Assembly (NCBI RefSeq): GCF_018350175.1
Contig: NC_058368.1
Coordinates: forward strand, 140,680,001 to 140,744,000
Source: Felis catus
Taxonomy: Eukaryota
Length of the DNA: 64,000 bases
Direction: 5' to 3'
Positions 12,900-25,699 of this stretch are shown here, piece by piece (positions within the stretch are counted from its first letter, which is position 1; the number at the start of each line of letters is the position of its first letter). The notes beneath the pieces were generated by a model. That model had not been told where the DNA came from. It saw only the letters and a list, made by a program, of their open reading frames with translations, and did not search any database. The position numbers and the translations under genes were made by a program.

Positions 12900-13170
12900 A
12901 ACAAACACCTATGGAGTGCTTACCATGTGACAGGCACTATCCTATAGATACAGGTAGATAATAATATGTATATTCATTCCTTCGTATATATATGAAATTT
13001 GTCATGTTATATTCTTGGCAACCACAAGAGGTAGAGGTTACTAACTGTATTTTACATATGAGGCACAGAACAGACAAAAACTCTTTCCCAGGCAATATGG
13101 CTCGTGAGTGGAAAATGGATTCAGACTCAGATGGTCTTAATTCTTGCAGGGCCTACACTCTTGATCACAA
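12900..13170 (-). mobile_element. MIR-like fragment
   Basis: gagtgcttaccatgtgacaggcact..attttacatatgagg. Confidence 0.5.
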
Positions 13171-13574
13171 GATTTTACAACTCACTGAGGGCAAGGCCAC
13201 TGCTCTTTGTATTCTTAGGAAACTTAGAATAAATAATGAGAATGATAGCAAAGCAGTTATTGCATAACTGATGCTGGGACTTCTTTCCAGGCCAAAGAGA
13301 AAGACTGACTAATAGATCTGAGGCACATGAAGGTGCATATGGGGATAGGGAGAAACATTCTGTTTCCCATCTGTGGGTTTATTAAATAAGGCACCTCAGT
13401 TTGGGCTACCGCCATTCTGTCAATAGTACCAAGCCTGGTGGTATTGAAAAAACAAACCAGAAAAACCTGGTTGAGGAATCCTGGGGGGACAGCCTGAATC
13501 TGTCACTTATTAGCCATAGAACTCTGAGCAACTCACCTACGCTTCAGTCTCCTCATCTATAAAAAGGGGGAGGG

Positions 13575-14503
13575 GGGGCGCCTGGGTGGCGCAGTCGGTT
13601 AAGCGTCCGACTTCAGCCAGGTCACGATCTCACGGTCCGTGAGTTGGAGCCCCGCTCAGGCTCTGGGCTGATGGCTCAGAACCTGGAGCCTGTTTCCGAT
13701 TCTGTGTCTCCCTCTCTCTCTGCCCCTCCCCCATTCATGCTCTGTCTCTGTCCCCCCAAAAAATAAATAAACGTTGAAAAAAAAATTTTTTTAAATAAAA
13801 AAATAAAAAAATAAATAAAAAGGGGGAGGGGAAGGAAGGGATGCAATGAGCAAATGAAGGCTGCATTAACACTTTATAAATTATTTAAAAAACTACACAA
13901 TTGCAAATCTCTCTCATTATAACTTATGATTCAACTTAAAACGTGTGATCATGGGGCGCCTGGGTGGCTCAGTCGCATTAGTACCAACTTCGGCTCAGGT
14001 CGTCATCTTGCGCTTTGTGGATTTGAGCCCCGTGTCAGTGTCTGTGCTGACAGCTCGGAGCCTGGAGCCTGCTTTGGATTCTGTACCTCTCTCTCTGTCC
14101 CTCCCCTGCTCGCACTCTGCCTCTCAAAAATCAACATTAAAAAAAATTTTTTAGGGGGGGCGCCTGGGTGGCTCGGTCGGTTGGGCGTCCGACTTCGGCT
14201 CAGGTCATGATCTCACGTCCGTGAGTTCGAGCCACGCGTCGGGCTCTGTGCTGACAGCTCAGAGCCTGGAGCCTGTTTCAGATTCTGTGTCTCCCTCTCT
14301 CTCTGCCCCTCCCCTGTTCATGCTCTGTCTCTCTCTGTCTCAAAAATAAATAAACGTTAACAAAAATTTTTTTTTTAATTTTTTTTTTTAAATGTGTGAT
14401 CTTTGGGATACCTGGCTGGCTCAGTCGGTAGAGCATGTGACTCTTGATCTCAGGGTGGTGAGTTCAAACCCCACGTTGAACGTAGAGCTTACTTAAAAAA
14501 AAA
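13575..14503 (+). mobile_element. Cluster of four same-strand Can-SINEs (~13575, 13953, 14157, 14405)
   Basis: Four heads; the 14157 copy lies in the tail of the 13953 copy; outer TSD-like AAA(C/T)GTGTGATC. Confidence 0.9.
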
Positions 14504-15029
14504 TACATAATCCTTATGGCCTTTATTAAGGTTGTTTTTCTACAAAAGTATGCGTGTTTAAGTAGAAGGCAACATTTGTGGGTGGCAATCATACTTTGCT
14601 GCCTGAGAGCTTTCAGTTGTCATCTCTCAAGAATTTGTTTTCTTACCACATGATTCAGTGGAGCATCTATCATCCCACCTGAAAGATTTCTTTGCTTTTG
14701 GTCCAAAACTAGCAGGGGCACTAAATGGCTAAGATGGTATTTGATGTCTGGTGATAAAAATGTATAATCGTATTAGAAGAATTTTAAACAACTGGAAGTA
14801 TTCCTTAGGTTCCACAAACATGAACTTCTTTTCAAACTTGGACAAAGTGTCAGGCAGAGGGGGAGGCTCAGGGATGCTACTGGTTCAGAGCATAGGAAAA
14901 GATGCCATGTGACTGGAATGGTCAAATCTGAGGGGCCACGCCAGTTTACAAGCACCACGTGGTCTCATTCACCAACAGTAGGATTTGAACACAGCTATGA
15001 TGAACAAACTTCCTGGTGTATTTCTCTCT

Positions 15030-15220
15030 CTTTTTAAGTTTATTGACTTATTTTGGAGGGAGAGCCCAAGCAGGGGAGAGGCAGAGAGAGAGAATCCCCA
15101 GCAGATTCCATGCTGTCAGTGCAGACCACGATGCAGGGCTCCATCTCACAAACCATGTGATCGTGACCTGAACTGAAACCAAGAGGCAGGTGCTTAACCA
15201 ACTGAGCCACCCAGGTGCCC
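15030..15220 (-). mobile_element. Can-SINE
   Basis: TSD C(C/T)TGGTGTATTTCT. Confidence 0.88.
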
Positions 15221-15844
15221 CATCCTTGGTGTATTTCTTTCTTGCTTTTTTTTTTTTTATTCTTCCTCAGAATTAGATACTTCCTCAAACAGGGAGGGTG
15301 GTAGAGTCCTTGGTTTGATCAGCATTTCTTACATATTGTTTGAACAGCCACAGAGCTGATACTCTAACCAGTTGGTTTATGGTGGCTAAACCCTATCTAG
15401 AATTTTGCGTTTGCACTGGGGTGAGGAGGGGACACATCTTAAGACCATTGGCAAACAAATGTGAGCAAAACTATGAATTCTGTTTAAACCCTCTCATGAA
15501 GAGGTTTAAGGAACTGGAGGTTTCATTTACAAAAAGAAAGGTAGTGGAAGAGGGGTTGGGGACACATTTGAGGCACCTCTGTACAGGTTTGTGGAGGCTG
15601 ATGATATGGAAAGAGCATTCAGCTTGTGTTTTGCAACCCTGGAAAACAGAGTGACCTTTGTGTAACCACTGAGCCTCTTATATCTTAGTTGCTTCATTTG
15701 TATAATCAGGGATTGGACTATTTCCCGAAGGTTCCCCTCAGTGCAGAAGTCCTATGACTAACCAGGTCCAGTGAGTGGACTTCAGTGGAAGACACGTCTC
15801 TCACAGTGAGATTCCTGCATAAGAATGGAATTTTCCAAACTTGC

Positions 15845-16822
15845 ACTTGCCAAACTACATTCAACGTGAGCCACACAAGTAATTTTAAGATTTCTAGAAA
15901 CCACATTTTAACTTTTTTAATGTTTGTTTATTTATTTTGAGAGAGAGAGCATGCATGCGCACATGAGCAGGGAGGGGCAGAGAGAGAGAGGGAAAGAGAG
16001 AATCCCAAGTAGGCTCTGGGCCATCAGCAGAGAAACCCAGAAACCACATTTTAAAAAGAAACAGGTGAAGGGGCGCCTGGGTGGCTCAGTCAGTTAAGCC
16101 TCTGACTCTTGATTTTGGCTCAGGTCATGATCTCACAATTTGTGAGATTGAGCCCCGTGTCAGGCGCCGTGCTGACAGCATGGGACCTGCTTGAGATTCT
16201 CTCTCCGCCTCCCTCTCTGCCCTCTCCTGTGTCCACACGTGCACATTGTCTCTCAAATAAATAAACGTTTAAAAAAAAAAGTGAAATTAAGTGCCTGGGT
16301 GGCTCAGTAGGTTGAGCATCTAACTTCAGCTCAGGCCATGATCTCATAGTTCCTGAGTTGGAGCCCCCCATCAGACTCTCTGCTGTCAGCACAGAACCCG
16401 CTTCAGTTCCTCTGCCCTGCCCCCTCTCTGCACCTCCCCCACTCATGCTGTCTCTCTCAAAAATAAATGAACATTTTTTTAAGTTAAATTAATTCCAATT
16501 TATTTTATTTAGGGGTGCCTGACTGGCTTAGTTGGTAGAACATGCAACTCTTGACCTCAGGGCCATCAATTCAAGCCCCACACTGGGCATAGAGCTTACA
16601 TAAATATTAATAATAATTCCAATATATTTTAGTTAAGCCAATGTATCAAAAATGTCAGTATTTCAATATGTAATTAGTGTAAAAAACTGTTAGTTTTTTC
16701 ATCCTAAGCATTCAAAATCCAGTGTGTGTTTTACACCTCTAATACATCTCAATTTGGACCAGGCATGTTTCAAGTGGTCCATGGCCACCTGTGGCCAATG
16801 GCTGCCATCTTGGGCAGCTCAG
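15845..16822 (+). mobile_element. MER33-like hAT-Charlie DNA transposon split by four SINEs
   Basis: gagccacacaagtaattttaagatttctag..ccacatttt / aaagaaacaggtgaa / aaatccagtgtgtgttttacac..acatctcaatttggac..gccacctgtggccaatggctgccatcttgggcagc, collinear with MER33. Confidence 0.75.
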
Positions 16823-18845
16823 CTTTAATGACCATGTGAGTGCTTACTACACGTCAGATCCTACTGAGAGGCTTTACGTGCCACTTTCCCTTCAGTCCTC
16901 CCATAAGTCCTCTGAGAGAATCCCATTATATAAATGAAAAAAAACAGAGTCATTGAGGTTATATAGTTTGTATAAGTCCACACAGCTAGTAAGCAGCAGG
17001 AGCCCCAATTGGACCTTACATCTGTCTGACCCCAGTACCCATAACCATTAGGCATACTGTAGGGGGAGATAGTTCCCTATCCTGAAACAGGACGGTTCCT
17101 TACATGCGAGATGCCTAGGATAGAACTTTGGCAGGGGATTCCACAGGCTTGACGTAAAGTAGAATTCCAAGACAAAAATGCAGTATAGGCAGTTTGTCCT
17201 TGAGCAACTCCTTAACAAACATTCTTTGTCCCTTGCACAGCATGCTTTAGTGACCCTAGTCATTTTGGTCATCAGATACCCTCTCTGAAGAGATGAGCTG
17301 GGAGTTTCCTGGAAACATGTACCATAAGTAGTTCCTAGAATGTTGTTTCAAATATGAAACCATCACTGTGTCTATATTTTTTAAATCATCCAATGTTTTC
17401 ATTTTTAACTTGATGTTCCTGTTTAATACATTCATGATGATTGGTAGAAGGAGTAGTGTGAGGAGAAAACCAGGCTTGGCTCTCTAAGCTGCAGCCGCCT
17501 TAGAAACAGTGCCTTCGCCCACATGGCTGTAATCAGCTGTGCGTCCACCTTTGACTCTCGGAGGAGTATTTGTACATTCCCAGACAGCCTGTAAATCCCC
17601 AGAAGTGAGGGGTCATGGGCCAGAGGAAATGGCTATAATTGTTCTTCTCATACAGACTTGAAATAAATAAATGACAAAAGTGTTTACAGATGGTTTATTG
17701 GATTTTATCCTATTTTCAAAAATAATATGTTTGGAATTAACCTTGAGGATTTTCTCTGTCATTTGCCCTGATGTTTCACGACAAGAACAATGTTTTGTTT
17801 TCATTTTCTAATTTTCATGCCATGTGAACATTTCCTGCTGTAGAGGAAGGGGAAATATATCATCTAGTGATGTCACACAGTGCCTTTGGAACTAGTGAGG
17901 TTAAATACCATAGAGCAGCAAAAAAAGTGAGACTTCCGTCATCAGTTAGACCTGTTGATAATTTTAGGCAGCTTCTGTTTGTTTCCATTTTTTGGAAAGG
18001 AAGCTATCTCCACTATTTTTGCCACTCATGTAAAAGTACACAGACTTGACCTCTTGCCTTTTATGTTGAAATTTTTTCACATCATTACGTAACCTGATCT
18101 TTTAGGAAGGGGTGGCTGATCACATCAAGGGACACATGGGAAAAAGTAGTGTGCTCTTAGCGCCTCCAGCTGAGTTTCCTAGCTATTGATGTTTCATTGA
18201 GCAGCTCTTCTCTTAGCTGCCCCAGGAAGACAAGGACGCAAGCCTAGTAGTTAGCTTTTCCAAGGGACCTGAGGCTCTTGAACACTGTCCTCCCAGCGGC
18301 TCTGTCAGCCAGCAGCCAAAGCCCCCACAGCCCATCTGGGACCGCTCGCTCCCACGGGCCTTTACACCATTTCATAACTTTCTCAGAGCAGGAAAGGTAA
18401 CATTTGGACTGGCTCCTAAAGGCTTAGAATGTATTAAACAGGCTCAGAAGCTTAAGCATTATTAAAGTCGGGAAAGAGGCAAGGGTACTAGATATCATTC
18501 CTGCATCCTCTGTGGTAACAGGACATATCGGCACCACTTGTCCATCCCACTCATCAATAATAGTCCCAGCCTACAAAGAAGGAAACGTGTTTAGATAAGG
18601 AATCCCATGACATACCTGTCCCCGTGTTACTGACACCATAATCCCACGACATCCAGTGTGTAAAACCCAGACTTCAGTTATCAAGCATTAGCGAACTTGC
18701 AGGAGCCTCAGAGCAGATGTGAATTTCCAAAAGACTTTTATTTTCAGGGATTATCTTTGCATATGTTTGTGCACTCCCTCGGAAAAGCAGATGGTTGTGC
18801 ATCAGGACTGCTGTCTGAAAGTCTGTCTCTTCTCAATTTTGTAAG

Positions 18846-18933
18846 GACCAAAAAGCTGATCATTGATGTCATCCGGAACCAACCAGGGAACACACTGACA
18901 GAAATCTTGGAGACACCAGCAACTACAAAAGAG
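18846..18933 (+). CDS. IQGAP2: IQGAP2 coding exon
   Basis: AAG acceptor; (K)TKKLIIDVIRNQPGNTLTEILETPATTKE; donor GAG|GTTAAG; phases fit both neighbours. Confidence 0.92.
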
Positions 18934-19634
18934 GTTAAGTAATTGGTCTTTGAATGTAAAATAATAAGTACCATGTGTGGAAGTTGACTTGACTGATCTT
19001 CATGTCCAGAGTTTACTGTTGTCTTGAAAACACTATACATGACATGGTTTGAAAGTAAGGAATTTTATCTCTTCCTCTAGCCAGCTGAGTTGAGTCATAT
19101 ATATGAAATCCCTATCCAAGGGAATGAAATAGAAAATGCAGCACCAAATTTATGCTGAATGTAATTTTGTCCTAGACTGTGAAGGTAGTTCTGGGTCATT
19201 CAAAGCTTCTGAATGCTCATCGTAAACTTCATCACTCAGTGGGTGGGTGGGCAGGTAAGTTGTTAAGACATAGTTCTGGTCAATAGGATATAGGAAAATA
19301 CCTGTCATGTTTTACACGTTGGCTAACTTGAAACAAACCAGTGTCTCACACATGAAAACTATTTTCTAAATGCTTCAGGAGCAAATGTGTTCAGTCCGTC
19401 AGGTCAGAGCACCATTACCCTGGTGTAAGCAACTAAAGATTCATAACAATCTTGCGTTAAAATCTTTATCAACATCTGTGAAAATACATCATTGTTTATT
19501 TCACTCATTTTTAATGAAATTAATTCACTGTTACTGCCTTAGTTGTCAATAATTGTCACTCCCTGGAAAAAGTTAACAAAATTATCTAATTAGGTACTTC
19601 CTGGCAGAGCTACCCATAATTTTCCTGAGTCATT

Positions 19635-19685
19635 CTTTTTTTTTTTTTTAAAGAGTTTACCTTTTTTTAATGTTTGTTTATTTGA

Positions 19686-19732
<47 letters not shown>

Positions 19733-19905
19733 CCCGCTCACATGGGGGAGGGGCAGAGAGAGCGGGGCACAGAGGATCCAAAGCGGTCTCTGCTTTGACA
19801 GCAGGGAGCCCAGTGCGGGGTTTGAACTCACGAACGGTGAGATCTTGACCTGAGCCAAGATCAAGAGTTGGATGCTTAAGGGGCTGAGGCACCCAGGTGC
19901 CCCCT
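19635..19905 (-). mobile_element. Can-SINE with a (GA)n tract
   Basis: Antisense head ggcacccaggtgcccc, GA repeat, T tail. Confidence 0.9.
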
Positions 19906-20129
19906 GCATCATTTTTAATTAAGGTGGTTGCCTCTAAGAAATGACTGTCAATTTTTAATTTTAAAAATATATAAAATAAAACTACAAGTGATCTGATGTT
20001 GGTTAATGTATGAATATTTTTAAACAATGTGAGTGGAATATTGTGAGTGGAATATTTTAATTTAGTAAGAGAATTTTAGTCCTTATTGAATATTTAATTT
20101 TTCCCCAAATGTCACTAAGAATGCTGCAT

Positions 20130-20310
20130 CTCCTAGCTATGTAATTCTGGGCACGTAGAAGTTTTTCTGAGCCTCAGTTTTCTCAGCTATAAAATGAGAA
20201 TAATAATAGTGTTTAATTCACAGCAGTAAAAAATGAGTTAAAACATGTTAAGTGGGTAGAATACCTAGCTCATATTAGATGTTCAGCAACATATTAGGTG
20301 CTACAGTTGC
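20130..20310 (+). mobile_element. MIR fragment
   Basis: MIR core ctctgagcctcagttttctcagctataaaatgagaataataatag. Confidence 0.65.
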
Positions 20311-21083
20311 TATTGTTATTTACTGCTGGCCTGGTTAACTATTCCTGTGTAGGTGATACTGATCTGTCATCTGATAATACTTGTATCCTTAGACTTCATT
20401 TATTGTGTCAATCATCTAATGAAATGGGAAGATCACCAGTCTCCTTAGAAAACTTTTTTTTTTTAACAACCTGTCCAAATTCTATACATTCATTTACTCT
20501 TCATTTATTTGGGAAATTAGTATGAGCTCGAATATTCTTATTCCATTTTGGTTCCAGAAAACCCTGCAGGTTTTTCAGAGTTGGTAGTTTGAGAATTATT
20601 CCCTCATTAGAACAAAGGTCTCTGCCTTCCTGGCTTACAGATCTCCATAAATATGGCTGAGGTGTGAGAGTTCAGTCAGGCTCTGGATGTTCAGGGTGTT
20701 AGCTGTGTTTTCATGAATAATGTAGTCTCAGTTTCCTCAACTGAAGTCTCTAGCAGATGGAAATCCTTCTGTTCAGGGAATTATAAGACATCAGTTCCCC
20801 ACTGGAGTATGTTTGTTACTAAGGTGATCTGTCATGTTTGCGCTAAAGGAGCCATTGAGAATTTTGCTCACAATAGGCCTGCCACCACTGCTATATTTCT
20901 CAAAAAGATGAAATAATCCCTTCCAAAGACCTACTTCAAAATCCATGAGCACGTGCTGATTCTGGCCGTTGAACGCTGACCTGAGGACTTCTTTTATTTT
21001 GACATTAACTTGCCTTACACAGCTTATGAGTTTGTGAGATGGGGAATCAGAGAAAAGTCAACATCTTGATATTCCCTTTTCAG

Positions 21084-21296
21084 GAAGCAGATCATGCCAG
21101 AGACATGGAGAGCCGTGCGATTATAGATTCCCAGGCCCCAGAAGAAATGAAGCATAGCCAGTCTATGATTGAAGATGCACAGCTACCCCTGCAGCAGAAG
21201 AAGAGGAAAATCCAGAGAAATCTTCGGACTTTGGAACAAACCAGACATGTGTCATCCAAAAATAAGTACCAAGACATTCTCAATGAGATTGCCAAG
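21084..21296 (+). CDS. IQGAP2: IQGAP2 coding exon (RasGAP C-terminal region)
   Basis: CAG acceptor; EADHARDMESRAIIDSQAPEEMKHSQSMIEDAQLPLQQKKRKIQRNLRTLEQTRHVSSKNKYQDILNEIAK; donor AAG|GTTTTT. Confidence 0.94.
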
Positions 21297-21464
21297 GTTT
21301 TTGAAAATAGTATTCTTCCTTCTACACTTAGCAGACCAACACTGGCTAATCGTTGGTCATATGCTGGGCAGTCTATGAGGTGACATAGTTGTAATTCATA
21401 GTTGTAATACCATGGTCAGAATTACAAATTTTTATTTGACTTTTTTAAAGGATCATTTGCTTTA

Positions 21465-22432
21465 TTTTTTTTTTTAACATTTATTTATTTATTTTGAGAG
21501 AGAGCATGCAACTGGGGGAGAGGCAGAGACAGGGAGAGAGAGAATCCCAAGTAGGCTCCACACTCAGCACAGAGCCACATGTAGGGCTTAATCCCACGAC
21601 CATGAGATCATGACTTGAGCTGAAATCAAGAGCCAGACACTTAATTAACTGAGCCACCCACGGGCCCCAATATTACAGATTTTTAAGGGTTCCACACCCA
21701 TTGATGACTTTTTTTTTTCGAAGTTTATTTATTTTGAGAGAACAAGTGGGGAAGGGGCAGAGAGAGGGGTGGACAGAGGGTCTGAAGCAGGCTCTGTGCT
21801 GACAGCAGAGTCTGATGTGGGGTTCGAACTCACAAACCATGAGATCATGACCTGAGCCAAAGTCGGACACTTAACCAACTAAGCCCCCCAGGTGCCCCCA
21901 TAGATGACTTTTAATAGAGAAAAGTCACAACTTTTCCAAGTCATTAGGACGTTTGACACACTAGAAATAAATGCTCAGGAAATGGAATAGACAAGTTTCA
22001 TCTATACTTTTAAAACAATACCTACTAGTTTTGTGGGGTTTTTAAAAGATTTTTTTAGTAATCTCTATACTTAACATGGGACTCAAACCTACAACACCAA
22101 GGTCAAGAGTCACATGCCCCACTGACTGAGCCAGTCAGGCGCTCCAATACCTACTAGTTTTTTCGTTTTGTTTTTCCCAATACCTACTAGTTTTAAAAAT
22201 GACACTTCTGGGGCGCCTGGATGGCTCAGTTGGTTAAGTGTCCAACTTTGGCTCAGGTTATGATCTCGCGGTTCATGAGTTCGAGCCCCGCATCGGGCTC
22301 TGTGCTGACAGCTCAGAGCCTGGAGCCTGCTTCGGATTCTGTGTCTCCCTCTCTCTCTGCCCCTTCCCGGTTCATGCTCTGTCTCTCTCTGTCTCGAAAA
22401 TAAACAAAACATTTAAAAAAATTTTTTTTTAA
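21465..22432. mobile_element. SINE cluster: - strand ~21465-21668, ~21710-21900, ~22040-22145; + strand ~22210-22432
   Basis: Recognisable heads, tails and short TSDs. Confidence 0.88.
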
Positions 22433-23822
22433 ATGACAGTTTTATGAGAGTTCTCTCTTGAGTTGTCATATAGCCCAATTGCTCTTAGGATCTGGCATTG
22501 AGATGATAACTCTTTGTCCCTGAGAATTTGCCTCTGAACAATTGACCCTAAATGCAGTTGAGACTTAGATGTTGCTTTCTGTTTTCTCATCCCGTATTTT
22601 AACAGTTGGGAAACTTCCTGAGAAAAGGATCTCAAATTAGTGTGAGGAAACATCACAGGATATGGCTGAGATCTGTTTGCCAAGGATAAGGAAATACATA
22701 TTTGGGTCAAAGAACATTTCATTCTTTGCATCCAAACATGCAAATTAAAAACGGGTCTGGAGGTTCATAGCAGTTAAGTGATCAGAAAAAAAAAGTAAAT
22801 TGTCTTAATTTCTTGGTGGAAAATCACCTCCATTTCTTTTTTCCGTGGAAAGTCATGGTCACTTTGGGCAACAGGCTTATTCCTCCTAGCCTAAGTGACT
22901 GTGACTCAAGGGAAGTCACATTTCTTTCTACAGCCCTGGGGTGGAAAATATCTGTCTTTGCAAATATGTAGTAGAAAAATTTTTTCGCCTTTTAAAAAAA
23001 GCTGTCATGAAGGTATCCTCCAAAAGATCCTGTTTAATGGACAGTTTTTACACATACATGTGTATGTCTGTCTGGATTCCTAGGGGAATGTTTTTTAATT
23101 TGTCCACATAGGGAAAATAATATTAAACAAGCATCATTTTTATGATTTTCATGATTTACCATTTAGAATTACAAATAAATCTTATGTCTATAAGTTTAAA
23201 CATAGCATAGCCCTTGTAATTTGTGAGTAACTTGAACGACGTGATGTTCTAGGAACTGTATTTAAATCCAAGCAGTAGTCACCAAAGTTAAATCTTTCCA
23301 GTCAGCCTTGAGAGCTCAGTTGTTTTTGCAAGCCTTCAGAAATAGTTCCCAGATTAAAAAAAAGAAAAGAAAAGAAAAGAACTATTTCCCAGATTAAAAA
23401 GTGCATTGTTTTTTTGTTTTGTTTTGTTTTGTTTTTATTTCTAAAATGAATGCAGTAATTGCATGTAAACCTTTTCAGGTAAAGTATTCTTCAAAGTGGA
23501 ATGTTGAAAACATTTTGAAGAAATTGCTATCGCCTACTGAAGTCTTCCTTATGCCCCTTTTAGAACACTATTTCATTTTATGGTCATTCTAAAAATGCTT
23601 CCCTTCTTTTCCATCAAAACAAAAATACATTTTAGCATCTCTGTTAACATGAATTAGTGACCTTTGCCAGTCTGAAGTAAGCAAGGAAGGGGGGAGCACC
23701 TTAGTTTGCAGAGATTATGGGGTACCTGGCTGGTTCAGTTGGTAGAATATGGAGCTCTTGATCTTGGGGTCGTGAGTTCAAGCCCCAGGTTGGGTGCAGA
23801 GATTGCTTAAGTTAAACTTAAA

Positions 23823-23998
23823 CATATGTATATACACACACACACACAAATATATATATGTTTTTATAAATATATATTTTTATAAATATATAAATTATAA
23901 AAATATATATTATAAAATATATATTATAAAATTATAAATATATAAATTATAAAAATATATATTTATATAAATATATATAAATATAAATATATATGTAA
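23823..23998. repeat. AT-only low-complexity tandem repeat after a short SINE (~23718-23810)
   Basis: (TA)n and TATAAAA-type units; no G or C from ~23862 to ~23994. Confidence 0.88.
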
Positions 23999-24138
23999 AG
24001 ATTAAGGTGACTAAGGGAAGTTACAGGTTAACAGTCACAAACAGTGACTTCATAGTCCACGTTCTTCTTGTCCCAAATTGGCAGTGTCATAAATTAAACT
24101 TCTTAAATGTCATATCATAGCCTTTACTTGTTTTTTAG

Positions 24139-24299
24139 GACATTCGAAATCAAAGAATACACCGTAAACTTCGAAAAGCTGAATTGGCAAAACTTCAGCA
24201 GACCCTGAATGCACTTAATGAGAAGGCGGCATTTTATGAAGAGCAAATTAATTATTATGACACCTACATAAAGACTTGCTTGGACAACTTAAAAAGACG
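24139..24299 (+). CDS. IQGAP2: IQGAP2 coding exon
   Basis: TAG acceptor; DIRNQRIHRKLRKAELAKLQQTLNALNEKAAFYEEQINYYDTYIKTCLDNLKR(R); donor CG|GTAAAT. Confidence 0.95.
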
Positions 24300-24549
24300 G
24301 TAAATTAAAAATCCTATATCCATTTGTAATGTCATGATTTATATGGGTGTCAATTATTTTACCCACTTGGATGATGGGGTTTGGAAGCAAACTCTTTGCT
24401 TTCTTTTATAACCAAAAAACTAGAATCTGGATTTCGTGATTTGCTACTGGGATCTAAGAAGTCAGGAGTGCATTTAGATACTTTTTAATTGCCCATCAGT
24501 ATTGAAATTCATGTAGCTCAACCTGTTGTATTCTAAGCAAGTAGCTTTA

Positions 24550-25200
24550 TTTATTTATTTTTTTAATGTTTATTTACTTTTGAGACAGAGAGAGACACAG
24601 CATGAGCAGGGAAGGGACAGAGAGAGACATAGAATGTGAAGCAGGCTCTAGGCTCAGAGCTGTCAGCACAGAGCCCAACACGGGGCTTGAACTCACGAAC
24701 TGTGAGATCATGACCTGAGCCGAAGTCGGACGCTTAACCGACTGAGCCACCCAGGCGCCCCCTAAGCAAGTAGCTTTAATGCTTGGGGAAGCACTCTCAT
24801 TTTCCCTTTGGTCTCTTTTACTCAAAGAGGCCAAACACTATGATAAAAAAAAATTGAAGCTACTCTTACTTTTTGAATATTTACAATAAAACAATGTTAG
24901 GTAACCCCAGGTATTTGCTACTAGCAGAACGTGGCCTAATGATTTTAAATTACTTAGTGCTTTTAAAACATTATCCTTGATGGGGAACCTGGATGGCTCT
25001 GTCAGTCAAGCATATAACTTCGGCTCAGGTCATAATGTCACGGTTCGTGGGTTTGAGCCCCACGTCGGGCTCTGTGCTGACAGCCCAGAGCCTGGAGCCT
25101 GCTTCGGATTCCATGTCTCCTTCTAGACACACCTCTCCCCTGCTCAGAGTCTGTTTGTCTCGCTTTCTCAAAAATAAACGTTTAAAATTTTTTTTTAATT
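24550..25200. mobile_element. Two Can-SINEs: - strand 24550-24761 and + strand ~24983-25200
   Basis: First has the TSD CTAAGCAAGTAGCTTTA. Confidence 0.9.
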
Positions 25201-25699
25201 ATTATTGACATGAAAGACAAAATTTGGCAGTTCCCCATTACCCATTAGCATACATATTACAGATTTTTTTATACACAGCAGAGCCACTTTTAATGAGTAT
25301 TCTTTGCTCATTGTTGTTCTTCCTACTTACTAGACTAAGGCTGATACTAATCAAATTTTAATTACCCATTTAAATGTGCAGCATAATGTTTTCATGCAGT
25401 AAGAAATGGTGCTGTATGGAATAATCAATTGCATTAATCACAGAAGATTTGATGAAGGGAAATAACCAAATTTAAACTTCCCTTATTTGGGCCCCACTAG
25501 TACTGAATTTTAATTCATTGCCTTGAAGCCTGTAAATTACTGTATTCTTGGAGAAAGAAGTTGATCCAGCTAATAATACCCAGTAGAAATAAGATTGTTA
25601 GAGGGCTGGGGTTTTTTTGTTTGTTTTTTTTTTTTTACTTGCAACCACTTGAAGGCATTTTACAACCTTTGCCGCTAATGAGGCGAGCTAGATTTGCGT

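Noticed and set aside
8054..18845. Nested antisense gene such as F2RL2 in the large IQGAP2 intron
   Set aside because: No GPCR-like ORF on the - strand. F2RL2 is known to nest in a more 5' IQGAP2 intron, outside this window.
20028..20055. 14-bp tandem duplication TGTGAGTGGAATAT (and a similar short one at 21384-21408)
   Set aside because: Ordinary slippage-type microduplications with no A tail or functional context.
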